A stretch of DNA of 64,000 nucleotides, taken from positions 160,001-224,000 of the forward strand of contig CBFIDD010000001.1 in assembly GCA_965661285.1 (NCBI GenBank), given 5' to 3'. Both the position numbers and the translations under genes were made by a program. Source of the stretch: Poseidonia sp. GTDB taxonomy: Archaea > Thermoplasmatota > Poseidoniia > Poseidoniales > Poseidoniaceae. The notes below the pieces were generated by a model. The model ran no database searches and was not told the DNA's origin. It saw only the letters and a list, made by a program, of their open reading frames with translations. Positions 47,902 to 58,200 of this stretch are shown here, piece after piece (position 1 is the first letter of the stretch; each line of letters starts with the position of its first letter).

Positions 47902-50900
47902 ATGTTGGGACGTGCTTGTCAAGCCGCTTTCCTCGTTGCCCTCTTCCTTCTTTCCACGGGCCTGGCCGTCGTGGAATCGTCCATACTACAGGACCGTTCA
48001 CTTGGACAACAGCACTCGCAAGGCACCAACAGCGTGGTTGATGTCCCAACCTATCGAGTCGGCGATGAATGGGTCTACGAGACCAAGTTCGATGTCGCCC
48101 AGTTGCTTGCACAAGCCAATGTCTCTGCATCGCTCAACACGCTGACCGGGGACACGGTCAACGAGGTCACGGACATCTTCTACGCCACCGACAACAACGG
48201 CGATACCGTTCTTGCCTACGAAGTGGAGATCAGTGGAAGTTTCACGTCGGGCATCAGCGGCGCCACCCTTGAAGGCGTCACCGGGCGACTGAACATTGAT
48301 TACGACGGCATTGACGTGCTTAGAGCCCGAGATTTGGCCACCATCACCAGCGATTTCACCCTCGACGTTCGCTTTCGTCCATTCAACCTCGGGTTCCTCG
48401 AGCAAACCCTCGGCATTGTGACCTTTGATAACACCTACACGCCGGCCAAAGAGCGCCATGACTTCCCGCTTCGAACCGGCGACCAATGGTACATGGAATT
48501 CGAAGCCGAAACGGCCGTCAGCGGGACCTCGGACTATTTTGACCCGAGTGAGTTTGATTCCCAAGAAGATGAAAACAATTCATGGCAAGTCGTCAAAAAC
48601 GAGGCCCCGAGCGAGGATGGGGTCTCCCCTCAATATACGGGATGCGATGATTCGTACAAGATTTCAGAATGGAACGCTACGGGCGTTAATCTGGGATTCA
48701 ACTGGTACTGTCCGGCGGTTCGTGGAAGCGTCTGGAACCGCATCGTTAACCCTGCAGGATTCACCATCGATTGGCTGTTGAAGACCTACACCCCCACCGA
48801 TTCAAACAGCGTCGTCCCTTCATCGTCGCCCGGTGGCCGCAACACCCAGATCCAGGTCAGCACCGCCACCACCGCCACACTTCCAGACGCCGTTGAGCAG
48901 ATTTCCATTGCCTACAGCGTCGCAGGGAATCCGAGTATTCCACTCAAAAACACCAATTTGCAACTGCGATACGAAATTGCAGACACCATCATCAATCCGA
49001 CCACCGACAACAACGGACAAGCACAGGTCTCGCTCAACGTTTCTGACGAGGTGGACGACACACCCGCAAGCGACGACTACACGAGCAACGGTGTCGTGGT
49101 GTACGACCCCGTTGGTGATGTGGTGGGTGCCACCACCGTGGTCCAGGATTTGAGCGTCGTTGGTATTGACCTCATCGCACAGGCCAGCTCTGTTATCGTG
49201 GAGCGCACCCGAAACGGCGACACCACAACGCTGAGCGCCTCCATTGGGTACAATGCTCTCCCGGGCGATGTCCTCAGTTTCTCCTTGCCCGCTCAAAACC
49301 GAGGTGTTCTTTCTGCACCCTCCACCTTTATGGAAATCGAGACACCTGACGGTCCGGTCTCACGAAGTGCCCTTCCGTCCATCGCACCGTACGCAGAAGA
49401 ACGCATCGAAGTGGACTGGGCCGTGCCCGCCGACATGCAAATTGGAACGGCCCAACTGATGTTCACGGTCGACCCGGATGAAAACGTCACGGCTGACGCC
49501 AACCGTAGCAATAACGATGCATCCATCTCCGTCTTTATCGGTCGAGCGCCCAATGCTTCGCTCGTGGTGGATGAAGGAAAATACACGTTCGAAAACATCA
49601 CACTCAACGCCACGCAGAGTTTTGATATTGACGGAGGCGATGTGGATTGTCGCTTCGAAATCGAGTCCAGAGCCGGCCTCATCGACGTCATTGAAGCGCC
49701 CGATTGTTGGACCCAGTGGAATTGGTCCAACAGCGGTTCGTGGAGCGTCAAGGTGCTCGTCATCGACGAAGAGTTGGATACCGATGAGATGGTTGTTGAC
49801 GTCGTGGTGTTGAACCGTGCGCCGAGTTTCAACCTCACCCACCCCGCATCTGTTGAGGTTGAAGCACAAATCTCTGTCCAAGCCATCGACATCGTGGACA
49901 TTGATACATCATCGCCATCCGGACAACAGGTGAGCATCTCATGGCCGGGCCTCGAATGTGACGAAGGACTCACGCAACCCACCTGCACGTTCACGCCAAT
50001 GTTTGAGGGCACGCTCAACATCACGGCCATCGCTACGGACGACGACGGAGAAACCACGACCCTCACCAGCCAAGTGATGGTGCTGAATGTCCCTCCGACC
50101 CTCTCCCCACCCACGCTGTTCAAGGGTGGCGAGGAAGTCTTGCCCGACGAGAACGGCACGTGGCATCTGAACGAGGATGAGGTGGCGCTGCTCAGGGCCA
50201 CAGCGAGCGACACCGCCAACGATGAAGGCACCGTCATTATCGAATGGCACCCCTCTCTGGAGGATGAAAACTGGACCGTTTCCAGCATCGGCGTCAGTTC
50301 CTCAGAAGCCGTTTCATGGAACACTTCGGGCATGCACACCGTTCAGGTTCGAGCGATTGACGCCGACGGTGCGTCCTCCGAAGTTCAACAGGCCAAGGTC
50401 ATGATCCACAACGTACCGCCAAGCGTCACGGGTCTGCCAGGAAACACGCCGGTGTTTGAAAACGACCTGCTCAACTTGACCGTCGTTGCTTCGGACACAG
50501 CCTCCGACATCGCAGACCTCGAGGTGTGTTGGGATTTGGATGCCAGCCTTGACCTCGATGGAGACGGCACGGGCGATAATGACTGTGAGCTCACGGGAAC
50601 GAACATCGAGCCGTCTTGGACCACGCGTGGCGTGCGGATGATCACGGTAACCGTCACCGACGACGACGGTGCAATGGCTCAGCAAACCATGAACGTGAGC
50701 GTGCTGAACCTCCCCCCAACGGCAGTCATATCCGAAATCACCGTACTTGACGACCTCATCGAAGGCGACAATCTCACCCTTTCAGGAGCCGACTCGGTGG
50801 AAACCGAGAGCGATAAGGAAAACCTGGTGTACGAGTGGGACGCCTCCTACCTCGACACGGACCTCGACGGCGAAAAGGTCGGCGATGTGGACTTCACAGG

Positions 50901-51492
50901 ACCAACATGGACGGTCGAAGATTTGCCTGCTGGAACATGGGTGTTCACGCTCACGGTGACCGATGACGACGGTGAATCAACACAGGCGGAGATCACCGTG
51001 CTCGTCGCTGAAGCGCCGCCCAACGGTTTGCTGGAAAGCATCACGAGCAGCATCGGCTCAACCACCACCGCCGTTATCGGGTTGTTGGGCATCATCATCG
51101 TGGGCCTGGTCGTCTTCCTCTTGTTCACCCGCCAACGTGGAGGCGCAGCAGAAGATTTCAGCATGTTTGAGCAAAGCCAATTCGCTGCGGCTCCCAAGGC
51201 TATGGCACCGTTGCCCGCATCCCAACCAGAAACGCCTGTTCAGGCCGCTCAAACCGCAGTGGCGCCTGTTGCTGCGCCCATGGAGACGGCCCAACCGGTC
51301 AACACCGGTCCACCGCTCCCTGCCACAGGCCTTCCCCAAGGGTGGACCATGGAACAGTGGAATTACTACGGAGAACAGTGGTTGGCGGCAAATCAACCCG
51401 CACCGGCCCCTGTTCAACCCATAGTTTCACAAACTCCACCAACCCCTGCCTCCAATGAGTTGCAGTCGTTGCTTGACGACTTGGACTTCTGA
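47902..51492 (+). CDS. Tandem paralog: large single-pass CARDB/PKD surface protein with GPPLP/GWTMEQW tail
   Basis: Collinear with the upstream gene (DVPT.R.GD.W.Y, DFPLR, WYCP.VR, LPGD); start re-called at 47902. Confidence 0.85.
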   Translation: MLGRACQAAFLVALFLLSTGLAVVESSILQDRSLGQQHSQGTNSVVDVPTYRVGDEWVYETKFDVAQLLAQANVSASLNTLTGDTVNEVTDIFYATDNNGDTVLAYEVEISGSFTSGISGATLEGVTGRLNIDYDGIDVLRARDLATITSDFTLDVRFRPFNLGFLEQTLGIVTFDNTYTPAKERHDFPLRTGDQWYMEFEAETAVSGTSDYFDPSEFDSQEDENNSWQVVKNEAPSEDGVSPQYTGCDDSYKISEWNATGVNLGFNWYCPAVRGSVWNRIVNPAGFTIDWLLKTYTPTDSNSVVPSSSPGGRNTQIQVSTATTATLPDAVEQISIAYSVAGNPSIPLKNTNLQLRYEIADTIINPTTDNNGQAQVSLNVSDEVDDTPASDDYTSNGVVVYDPVGDVVGATTVVQDLSVVGIDLIAQASSVIVERTRNGDTTTLSASIGYNALPGDVLSFSLPAQNRGVLSAPSTFMEIETPDGPVSRSALPSIAPYAEERIEVDWAVPADMQIGTAQLMFTVDPDENVTADANRSNNDASISVFIGRAPNASLVVDEGKYTFENITLNATQSFDIDGGDVDCRFEIESRAGLIDVIEAPDCWTQWNWSNSGSWSVKVLVIDEELDTDEMVVDVVVLNRAPSFNLTHPASVEVEAQISVQAIDIVDIDTSSPSGQQVSISWPGLECDEGLTQPTCTFTPMFEGTLNITAIATDDDGETTTLTSQVMVLNVPPTLSPPTLFKGGEEVLPDENGTWHLNEDEVALLRATASDTANDEGTVIIEWHPSLEDENWTVSSIGVSSSEAVSWNTSGMHTVQVRAIDADGASSEVQQAKVMIHNVPPSVTGLPGNTPVFENDLLNLTVVASDTASDIADLEVCWDLDASLDLDGDGTGDNDCELTGTNIEPSWTTRGVRMITVTVTDDDGAMAQQTMNVSVLNLPPTAVISEITVLDDLIEGDNLTLSGADSVETESDKENLVYEWDASYLDTDLDGEKVGDVDFTGPTWTVEDLPAGTWVFTLTVTDDDGESTQAEITVLVAEAPPNGLLESITSSIGSTTTAVIGLLGIIIVGLVVFLLFTRQRGGAAEDFSMFEQSQFAAAPKAMAPLPASQPETPVQAAQTAVAPVAAPMETAQPVNTGPPLPATGLPQGWTMEQWNYYGEQWLAANQPAPAPVQPIVSQTPPTPASNELQSLLDDLDF
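51307..51384 (+). repeat. Conserved tail motif copy 2 (GPPLPATGLPQGWTMEQWNYYGEQWL)
   Basis: See copy 1. Confidence 0.9.
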
Positions 51493-51503
51493 GGCAGAGA
51501 AGC

Positions 51504-52073
51504 ATGGGAAGCTTGTGGAATTTTTTCGGTTTGCCCGACCCCGAAGGCACCCCGCCTGCCCAACAGGCACCAGCTCAGGAACCTGCACCTGCGCAGCCCG
51601 TATCATTGACCGGCATCCCCTCTGAGCCGACCCCCTCGTCCGCAGTTGAAGCCAGGCCGATATCGAGCGAAGCGCCAGACCTCAGTGGATTGCGAGCGCC
51701 GCCATTGGGTTGGAACGGACCCGTGACCCCGGATGGAGAAGCCTTTCACGACCTCGGCGTGGAGCGAAAACATCGCCAGCAGTTGCCGAAGAAAGCACTG
51801 CGATACATCGCACCGGATGTGATGAAGCGAATTCCTACCTCTGCCATGCTCGAGCGCGTCCTGCAAGGGGATACGGCCATCGTTGACCTGCGCTCCCTGG
51901 TCCATATGGAAAGCCATCAAATGGCCTGTCGAAGGGAAATCAAACACATGGCCGACCAAGCCCGAGTGAGCGTATTTTCACTGGATGCCGAGGATAAATT
52001 GTTGATGATTCCCGGCCTGAACGTCGTGGTCGATATGGAAAAGCATCAACTTGGATTGACGCCTCTGCTTTGA
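51504..52073 (+). CDS. Divergent SepF-like protein
   Basis: N-terminal amphipathic MGSLWNFFG, Pro-rich linker, C-terminal core (VLQGDTAIVDL...LLMIPG.NVVV) resembling archaeal SepF. Confidence 0.6.
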   Translation: MGSLWNFFGLPDPEGTPPAQQAPAQEPAPAQPVSLTGIPSEPTPSSAVEARPISSEAPDLSGLRAPPLGWNGPVTPDGEAFHDLGVERKHRQQLPKKALRYIAPDVMKRIPTSAMLERVLQGDTAIVDLRSLVHMESHQMACRREIKHMADQARVSVFSLDAEDKLLMIPGLNVVVDMEKHQLGLTPLL

Positions 52074-52076
52074 ATT

Positions 52077-52643
52077 TCAGAGGGTTGAAGCCAGCACTTC
52101 GAGGAAGGCCATCGCCTCGCCCGCAATGCCAAGCACGGTGCTTTCTGCCCCCTCAATTAGGCGAGCATGTTCACCCATGGGCCCGTGAAGGTCGTAACCA
52201 CCTGCTTTTCCTTTCCAGGAGTCTGATGAGAGAAGTGCATGCAGTTGGTCATCGGTAAATTCAGGAAAGGAGACGATAGAAGCCTCACACCAATACTGCC
52301 ATGTGCCGTTCCATCGAACACCGGTGGCCGACCACACCTGGTGAAGCCGTCCGCTCAGGCGATGAAGCATGAGCGCAGCCTGCGTCCGGTCGTGTGGTTT
52401 CCCGATGCTCAAGGAGTGGTCGTCGGGATCGCTGAGCATGGTGTCCGCCACCACGACCACATCGTGATGCGATGGGGGGACCGCGAGTGCTTTTCGTTTA
52501 CAGATCGCCAAGACCTGCTGCTCAACCGTACCGGAAGGTGGCGTCTCGTCAACACCCTCCATCCCTTCGTATTGAAGTTGGGAGAAAAGTGGACAGAGCA
52601 AGGCAGAACGACGCGCTGAATTCGAGGCGAGCCACACGTCCAT
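52077..52643 (-). CDS. maf: Maf family nucleoside triphosphate pyrophosphatase
   Basis: LASNSARR, VDET, ADT, GKP, LSGR.H, KAGGY; start re-called at 52643. Confidence 0.92.
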   Translation of the reverse strand: MDVWLASNSARRSALLCPLFSQLQYEGMEGVDETPPSGTVEQQVLAICKRKALAVPPSHHDVVVVADTMLSDPDDHSLSIGKPHDRTQAALMLHRLSGRLHQVWSATGVRWNGTWQYWCEASIVSFPEFTDDQLHALLSSDSWKGKAGGYDLHGPMGEHARLIEGAESTVLGIAGEAMAFLEVLASTL

Positions 52644-52729
52644 ACCAGCAACTGCACACGAGGGGCTTTTGAGATTCCCATCCAATGCGTGGGTGATATT
52701 GAAGAATCCGAAGGTCTAGCGAAGACCGA

Positions 52730-53458
52730 GTGAGCCCAATGAGCGAGATGGAACGAATCCCCACCCACATCGAAGGCCTTGACGAGAAGATGCAAGGCGG
52801 CATCCCTCAAGGACACATTTGCATTGTTGCAGGCGCTTCCGGAGCCATGAAGTCCAGCCTGACGTTTTCCATGCTGTACAACGCCGTCCTCTACGGCGAA
52901 ACCAGCGGCATCTATGTCACGCTCGAGCAGGGCAAGGATTCACTTCGCTCGCACATGGCCAACATGGGCATGAACGTCGACGACCCCCGCGTCCGCAACC
53001 GCATCGCCATCATCGACCTCGCCGACCTTCGTGTTCAACTGGACGAACAAGGCATGGGCAACCGTGTTGACTGGATGGGGCAACTCATCAAGCAACTGAC
53101 CTCCTACCGACAATCCATCGGTTTCGAGCTGTTGGTGTTCGACTCGCTTGGCGCGTTTTTCACCCTGACAAAGATGGAGAACCCCCGCGACGAAATTTTC
53201 CGTCTATTTGAGGCCGTTCGCCGATTGGAGTTGACCTCGTTCTTCATCTGTGAGATGACGGGCGAAGACCACAAGCAGTTTGGCGAATACGGCGTAGAGG
53301 ACTATCTTTCCGACGGTGTCATGCACCTCGTCATGGAACGAGAAGGCGATGATGTCTTCCGTAAACTCGGCATCGTGAAGATGCGCCACACCAACCACTT
53401 GCTGGGCTACAAGCCGTTCAACTGGAAAGAAGGTGAACAGCGGTTCACCATCGTCTGA
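52730..53458 (+). CDS. KaiC-like/RAD55 family single-domain ATPase
   Basis: GLDEKMQGGIP, GASGAMKS Walker A, FDS Walker B, VKMRHT. Confidence 0.9.
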   Translation: MSPMSEMERIPTHIEGLDEKMQGGIPQGHICIVAGASGAMKSSLTFSMLYNAVLYGETSGIYVTLEQGKDSLRSHMANMGMNVDDPRVRNRIAIIDLADLRVQLDEQGMGNRVDWMGQLIKQLTSYRQSIGFELLVFDSLGAFFTLTKMENPRDEIFRLFEAVRRLELTSFFICEMTGEDHKQFGEYGVEDYLSDGVMHLVMEREGDDVFRKLGIVKMRHTNHLLGYKPFNWKEGEQRFTIV

Positions 53459-53460
53459 CC

Positions 53461-55284
53461 TTACTCAACCGTGACAGATTTTGCCAAGTTGCGTGGACGA
53501 TCCACGTCTTTCCCGAGTTTCACCGCCGTTTGGTAGGCCATCAACTGCAACGGAAGCACGGTCAGCAGGGGCGTTAACCACGGATGGATGCTGGGAACGG
53601 CGATGGAGACATCACCCTCCGAAGCGATGGCATCGCCTTTTTCGTGAATCAGGATGATCTTGGCACCTCTCGCTTTACACTCGTGCAGCGCCGACATCGT
53701 CTTTTCCTTGAGGTGGTCGTTCGGGGCGATGATGACCACGGGGCTGCCCTCTTCGAGCAAGGCGATTGGCCCGTGCTTCATCTCGCCAGCAGGATAGGCC
53801 AGACAGGGAATGTAAGCCAGTTCCATGAGTTTGAGAGCACCTTCTTTGGCCACCGGCGCCGAAAGACCTCGGCCGAGGAAGAGCACCGAAGAGGCATCGC
53901 AGAGAAGTTCCACCGCTTCGGCAACAGGACCGATATCTTCGAAGTAGGTCTCCATCAAGTGCGGGGCCTGTTGCAGATGCTGAATCAACTCACGCCCTTC
54001 GGCTTTCGAAAGGTGGCGAGTCCGGCCGAGTTGCGTTGCAAAAATCGTCAGCGCCCCCACCATGTTTGTGAACGCCTTGGTTGAGGCCACAGACTGTTCA
54101 GGGCCCGAGTGGATGTAGACCCCTTTGCCGCACAGTCGGGCGATGGTTGAACCGACGACGTTAATCACACCGTAGACTTGGCCGCCTTTCAGTTTGATTT
54201 CTTTGATCGCAGCGATGGTGTCAGCCGTCTCTCCGGATTGTGAAACAGCGAAATAGAGCGACTTTGGATTGATGACGGGGTCGTTGTTTCGGAATTCACT
54301 CGAGATGTGGGTCGCTGCGGGAATCCGTCCCATTTTTTCAACCAGCATTTGTCCTATTTCCGCAGCATAAGCCGCCGTACCGCATCCGAGCAGGTGAACA
54401 TGCGGTGCCTGAACGAGGGCGTTGTGGTCAAGACCCATGCCGCCCAGACGCCCATTGCCCATCTCCCGTTCCAGTCGCCCTGCGATGCAATGGCGCAACG
54501 CATCGGGTTGCTCGTAGATTTCTTTGTACATGTAGTGGGGTGCATCACCGAGCTCGGCTTCGCCCCAAGCGTCCTCAAGGACGGTAATACTGGGCTCAAC
54601 GGCCTTTCCTTTGGTGGTTGTCAGTTTGAATCCGTCCCGACGGATGACGGCGATGTCCCCGTCCTCGAGATAGACCACGCGCTGTGTGTGGGCGGTGAGG
54701 GGATGAGGGTCGCTGGAAACGAAGGTTTCGTCTTGGCCCTGACCGATGATGAGCGGGGAGCCGTTTCGTGCGCAGATGAGGAGGTCATGGTCTCGAAAGA
54801 GGATGCACAACCCCCAAGTGCCGCGTAAGTGCTGGAGGGTGTTTTGTACGGCTTCAAGAGGGCTGGCACCGCCCTTGAGTTCGAGCGCCATCATCTGAAC
54901 GAGCACCTCGGAATCGGTTTCACTCACGCACGAAACGCCTCGAGCTGCCAGACCTTTTCTCAGGTGGAGGTAATTCTCGATGATGCCGTTGTGGACCAGG
55001 TGAATGGCACCATCCTCCGAAGCGTGAGGGTGGGTGTTGGCTTGGGTCACGCCGCCGTGCGTGGCCCAGCGCGTGTGAGCGATGCCCCGAGTCCCACTGA
55101 CCGTTCCGGGGAGGATTCGCTTCAGATCGGCCACTTTACCAACCGTCTTGTGGGTTTGAATGTCAGTTCCATCATCCACGGCAACGCCGGTAGAATCGTA
55201 GCCTCGGTATTCCAGACGTCGAAGCCCCTCAACCAAAATAGGGAGGGCTTGTTGGTGTCCGAGATAACCAAAAATACCGCACAT
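53461..55284 (-). CDS. glmS: Glutamine--fructose-6-phosphate transaminase
   Basis: MCGIFG, LEYRGYDS, HTRWATHG, SQSGETAD, PRNLAKSVTVE. Confidence 0.97.
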   Translation of the reverse strand: MCGIFGYLGHQQALPILVEGLRRLEYRGYDSTGVAVDDGTDIQTHKTVGKVADLKRILPGTVSGTRGIAHTRWATHGGVTQANTHPHASEDGAIHLVHNGIIENYLHLRKGLAARGVSCVSETDSEVLVQMMALELKGGASPLEAVQNTLQHLRGTWGLCILFRDHDLLICARNGSPLIIGQGQDETFVSSDPHPLTAHTQRVVYLEDGDIAVIRRDGFKLTTTKGKAVEPSITVLEDAWGEAELGDAPHYMYKEIYEQPDALRHCIAGRLEREMGNGRLGGMGLDHNALVQAPHVHLLGCGTAAYAAEIGQMLVEKMGRIPAATHISSEFRNNDPVINPKSLYFAVSQSGETADTIAAIKEIKLKGGQVYGVINVVGSTIARLCGKGVYIHSGPEQSVASTKAFTNMVGALTIFATQLGRTRHLSKAEGRELIQHLQQAPHLMETYFEDIGPVAEAVELLCDASSVLFLGRGLSAPVAKEGALKLMELAYIPCLAYPAGEMKHGPIALLEEGSPVVIIAPNDHLKEKTMSALHECKARGAKIILIHEKGDAIASEGDVSIAVPSIHPWLTPLLTVLPLQLMAYQTAVKLGKDVDRPRNLAKSVTVE

Positions 55285-55295
55285 GAGATCACGCT

Positions 55296-58200
55296 TCAAA
55301 AGTCAAAGGTGTTGGAGCACACAGGGCAAGTGATACGCTTCAGCATCAAGTCCTTGACGCCAAAACTGGCTTGACAGGACGGGCATGTCGCCTCACGTTT
55401 CAATTCGGGCAGCGGCAAAGCCGGTGCAGGAAGCGGAAGATGGCCGTCGAGTGGAGGCAAGGCACCCGGCACCGGTAGCGCATCCGGCATCGGAACTGCG
55501 TCCGGCATTGGAAGACCCGGGGCAGGGAGGGGAGGCAATCCTTTTTGCAGGATATCCGCCATCTCACGCTGCTGTTTTCGCTTCATTCTGCGTTCAAGTC
55601 GCGCATTCCCCTCGCCTTCCTCGAGCTTCCGCTCAAGTTCAGCCGCAAGGGTTTCATCCTCTTCCTCGACCATCACCGCAAGTTGGCTTTCTTGAACCGT
55701 GAGTACTTCAGCGTCTTCCTCGATGGAAACCAAGGGGCCTTGGTCCTGTTCGGGCGTGATCATCAATTCGACGCCGTCGTCCTCTGCTCCCAATTCCTCA
55801 AGCAATTCCTCCACTTCGGCGTGGGAACGGCGTACCATAACAACCACAACGCCCAAGAAGAGAACGAGGAGCCCCAACGTTCCTGCAAGAATGCGGTATT
55901 TGACCTCGTTTGATTCACCGGGGAGATAATCGAGCAGCGTCTCGAGGAGGCCGGGCACCTCGACCGGCTCGTTTGAACCACCAAACGAGGCCACTTTGCT
56001 GAGACTGAGGGACCCACTGGGTGTCATGGAGCAGATGATGGTGTCTTCTTCCATGACGCCGACGCCGAACAGATAGCCATCGTCAATCATGTTTGACATG
56101 CCGTGCACGGGAGCGCCTTCTCCATCGGCGACGAGACCCATTCGATGCACCGGCCCGTAGATGTTGATCTCGTCGTGGTAGAGGTACACACCGTCATTCC
56201 GCTGAGCAAATCCAAGGGTTGAGACACCGGGTGCGAGGGTGCGCTGGATGTTGTCACCTGACCACAGCGCATCGGTGTTCGCCATGACGACATTCGAGAC
56301 CTTGCCTTGGCCTTCAATCCATGCAGCGAGAAGACGGTCTTCATCGTCATCCACGAGCACCTCCATGGCCGGATACTTGGCGCTGTCACCAACGGAATAC
56401 TGGAAACTCCACGATGAGGAGGTGTAGGAGCCGTGGGTGTACATCAGGCCGACCCGTTCAACGCCGGTGACATCATCTCGGTACTCCTGATAGAGAAGGT
56501 GGAGGTATTCCTCGCCCAAGCCAACCGCCACCGGCTGTGCATCACCTGGACGAATGTCAATATCGGAAAGCACCGTGAGTGGGTTGGTCCATGAATTTCC
56601 CTTGTCGGGGGAAGGGGATGAGATGACGAAGAGCGAGGTGATGTCTTGCCATGAACCGCTCGTGGAAAGGTCGCGGTGGTAGCCCGCCAGCACCATGGTG
56701 CCGTCGTATTGGTCAAAGGTGAACCCGTAATAGGAGCCCTCTGAGAGTTTGAGGGCCGGCATGTGATAGTGTTTGGGCGTGGTTTTCCCTGCCGCAGAAA
56801 TCGAGGTCATGGCAATGTCGGTGAGGATGTAGCCTTCAACGCTGAGCGAACGGCGGGTCCATGCCACCTGCACGAGACCATCGTCTCGCTGATACATCGC
56901 CAACTCACCACCCCAGTTCTCTTCAAGCACCGTACCACCAACCATAGCAAGGGTGGACGTGATGGTGCGGACATGAAGTTCGCCATCGAGGGTGGTGAAG
57001 AGGAGCCCGCCGTTGTTCAGACCAACAAAATCAACGGCAACTTCGCCTGTGGCCAGCGACAGTCCCACTTTGGAACCGGGGCGAACGTCAGCCACCGTGA
57101 TGTTAAACCGGAACTCACTGTGTTCAATCTCCACGCCCGAGCCGCTCAGTACCGCCCGGTAAGAGACGGCGCCGGCTGTATCGTGAACGTCTGCAAACCG
57201 TGCAAAGGCGTAGCCCGACGTGGTGCTTGAACCGGGAACGAGCGCTACGGGCTGATCGTCAAGGCGTTGCCATCCAACCTCTTCGATCCATCGCTCAAGA
57301 CCCAAACTCAGGCTGCTGGCATCGGTTTGTCCGAGGTTATCAACTCGGACGCGAAGGTCGTAAGGTGTTCCTGGCACCGGTACATCAGGTGTGGTTCGGG
57401 CAGCTCCGGGGAGGAAGCGAAGCATCGGTTCAATCGGCCGTTCATCGATGACGAAACTGAAGGTGTAGGCGTTGTTGCTGCGGTCGGGGTCTTCGTACTG
57501 GTTGGTCGGGTCGAGCGAAAGCGTGACGTCATGCGTCCCTGCTTCTGTTGCCCACCAGTACAGGGTCACCTGTACGCTATCGCCTTGTTCAAGCGAGGTC
57601 ACCTTGCCTTCCGAAGGGTAGGTTGTTGAATCGCTTCCCGGACCGTCCAGCGTGAGGTAGACTTCGTCAGCGTCCAGGTCGCCGATGTTGCGCAAGCCAA
57701 ATCGGACCTCGAGGACGGTCCCTGCAACCGCGCTGTTGACCGGCAGACCGCCGTCGTAAACACCAACGGTTCCCGTAAACGCAAAGTTTGGCGCTGCGGG
57801 CAGATTGTCCACTTCGTAGGTCCGTTTCAGAACGTCGCTGGTGACACCCGAAGCGTTGACCAATCGGACACTGACTCGGTGAGAGCCATCACCAACTTGA
57901 CTTGAATCCCACGAAAACGACCAGTCTTGAACAGCATCGCCCTCGGGGTCGAGCGTCTGGCCAACTTGCCAGTCGAGGCTGTCAATCTTGTATTCGATGC
58001 GGTCGTGTTCGATGCCTTCAGCCGTCCCGGAGAACTCGGTCAGGCCGACCAAGGCCTCACCCAACGGTGGTTCAGAAATGGAGACGGTCATTCGAGCGAA
58101 ACGTACGATGCGAACATCGACCACGGAGGCTTCACCGTTTTCGTTGAGCGCTCTGGCGTAAACCAGCGAGTACGATTCGTCGGCGTCGACCCAATCATCG

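Noticed and set aside
52730-53458. Circadian KaiC or archaellum ArlH
   Set aside because: Single domain, no kaiA/kaiB, not next to arl genes; a common archaeal KaiC-like family
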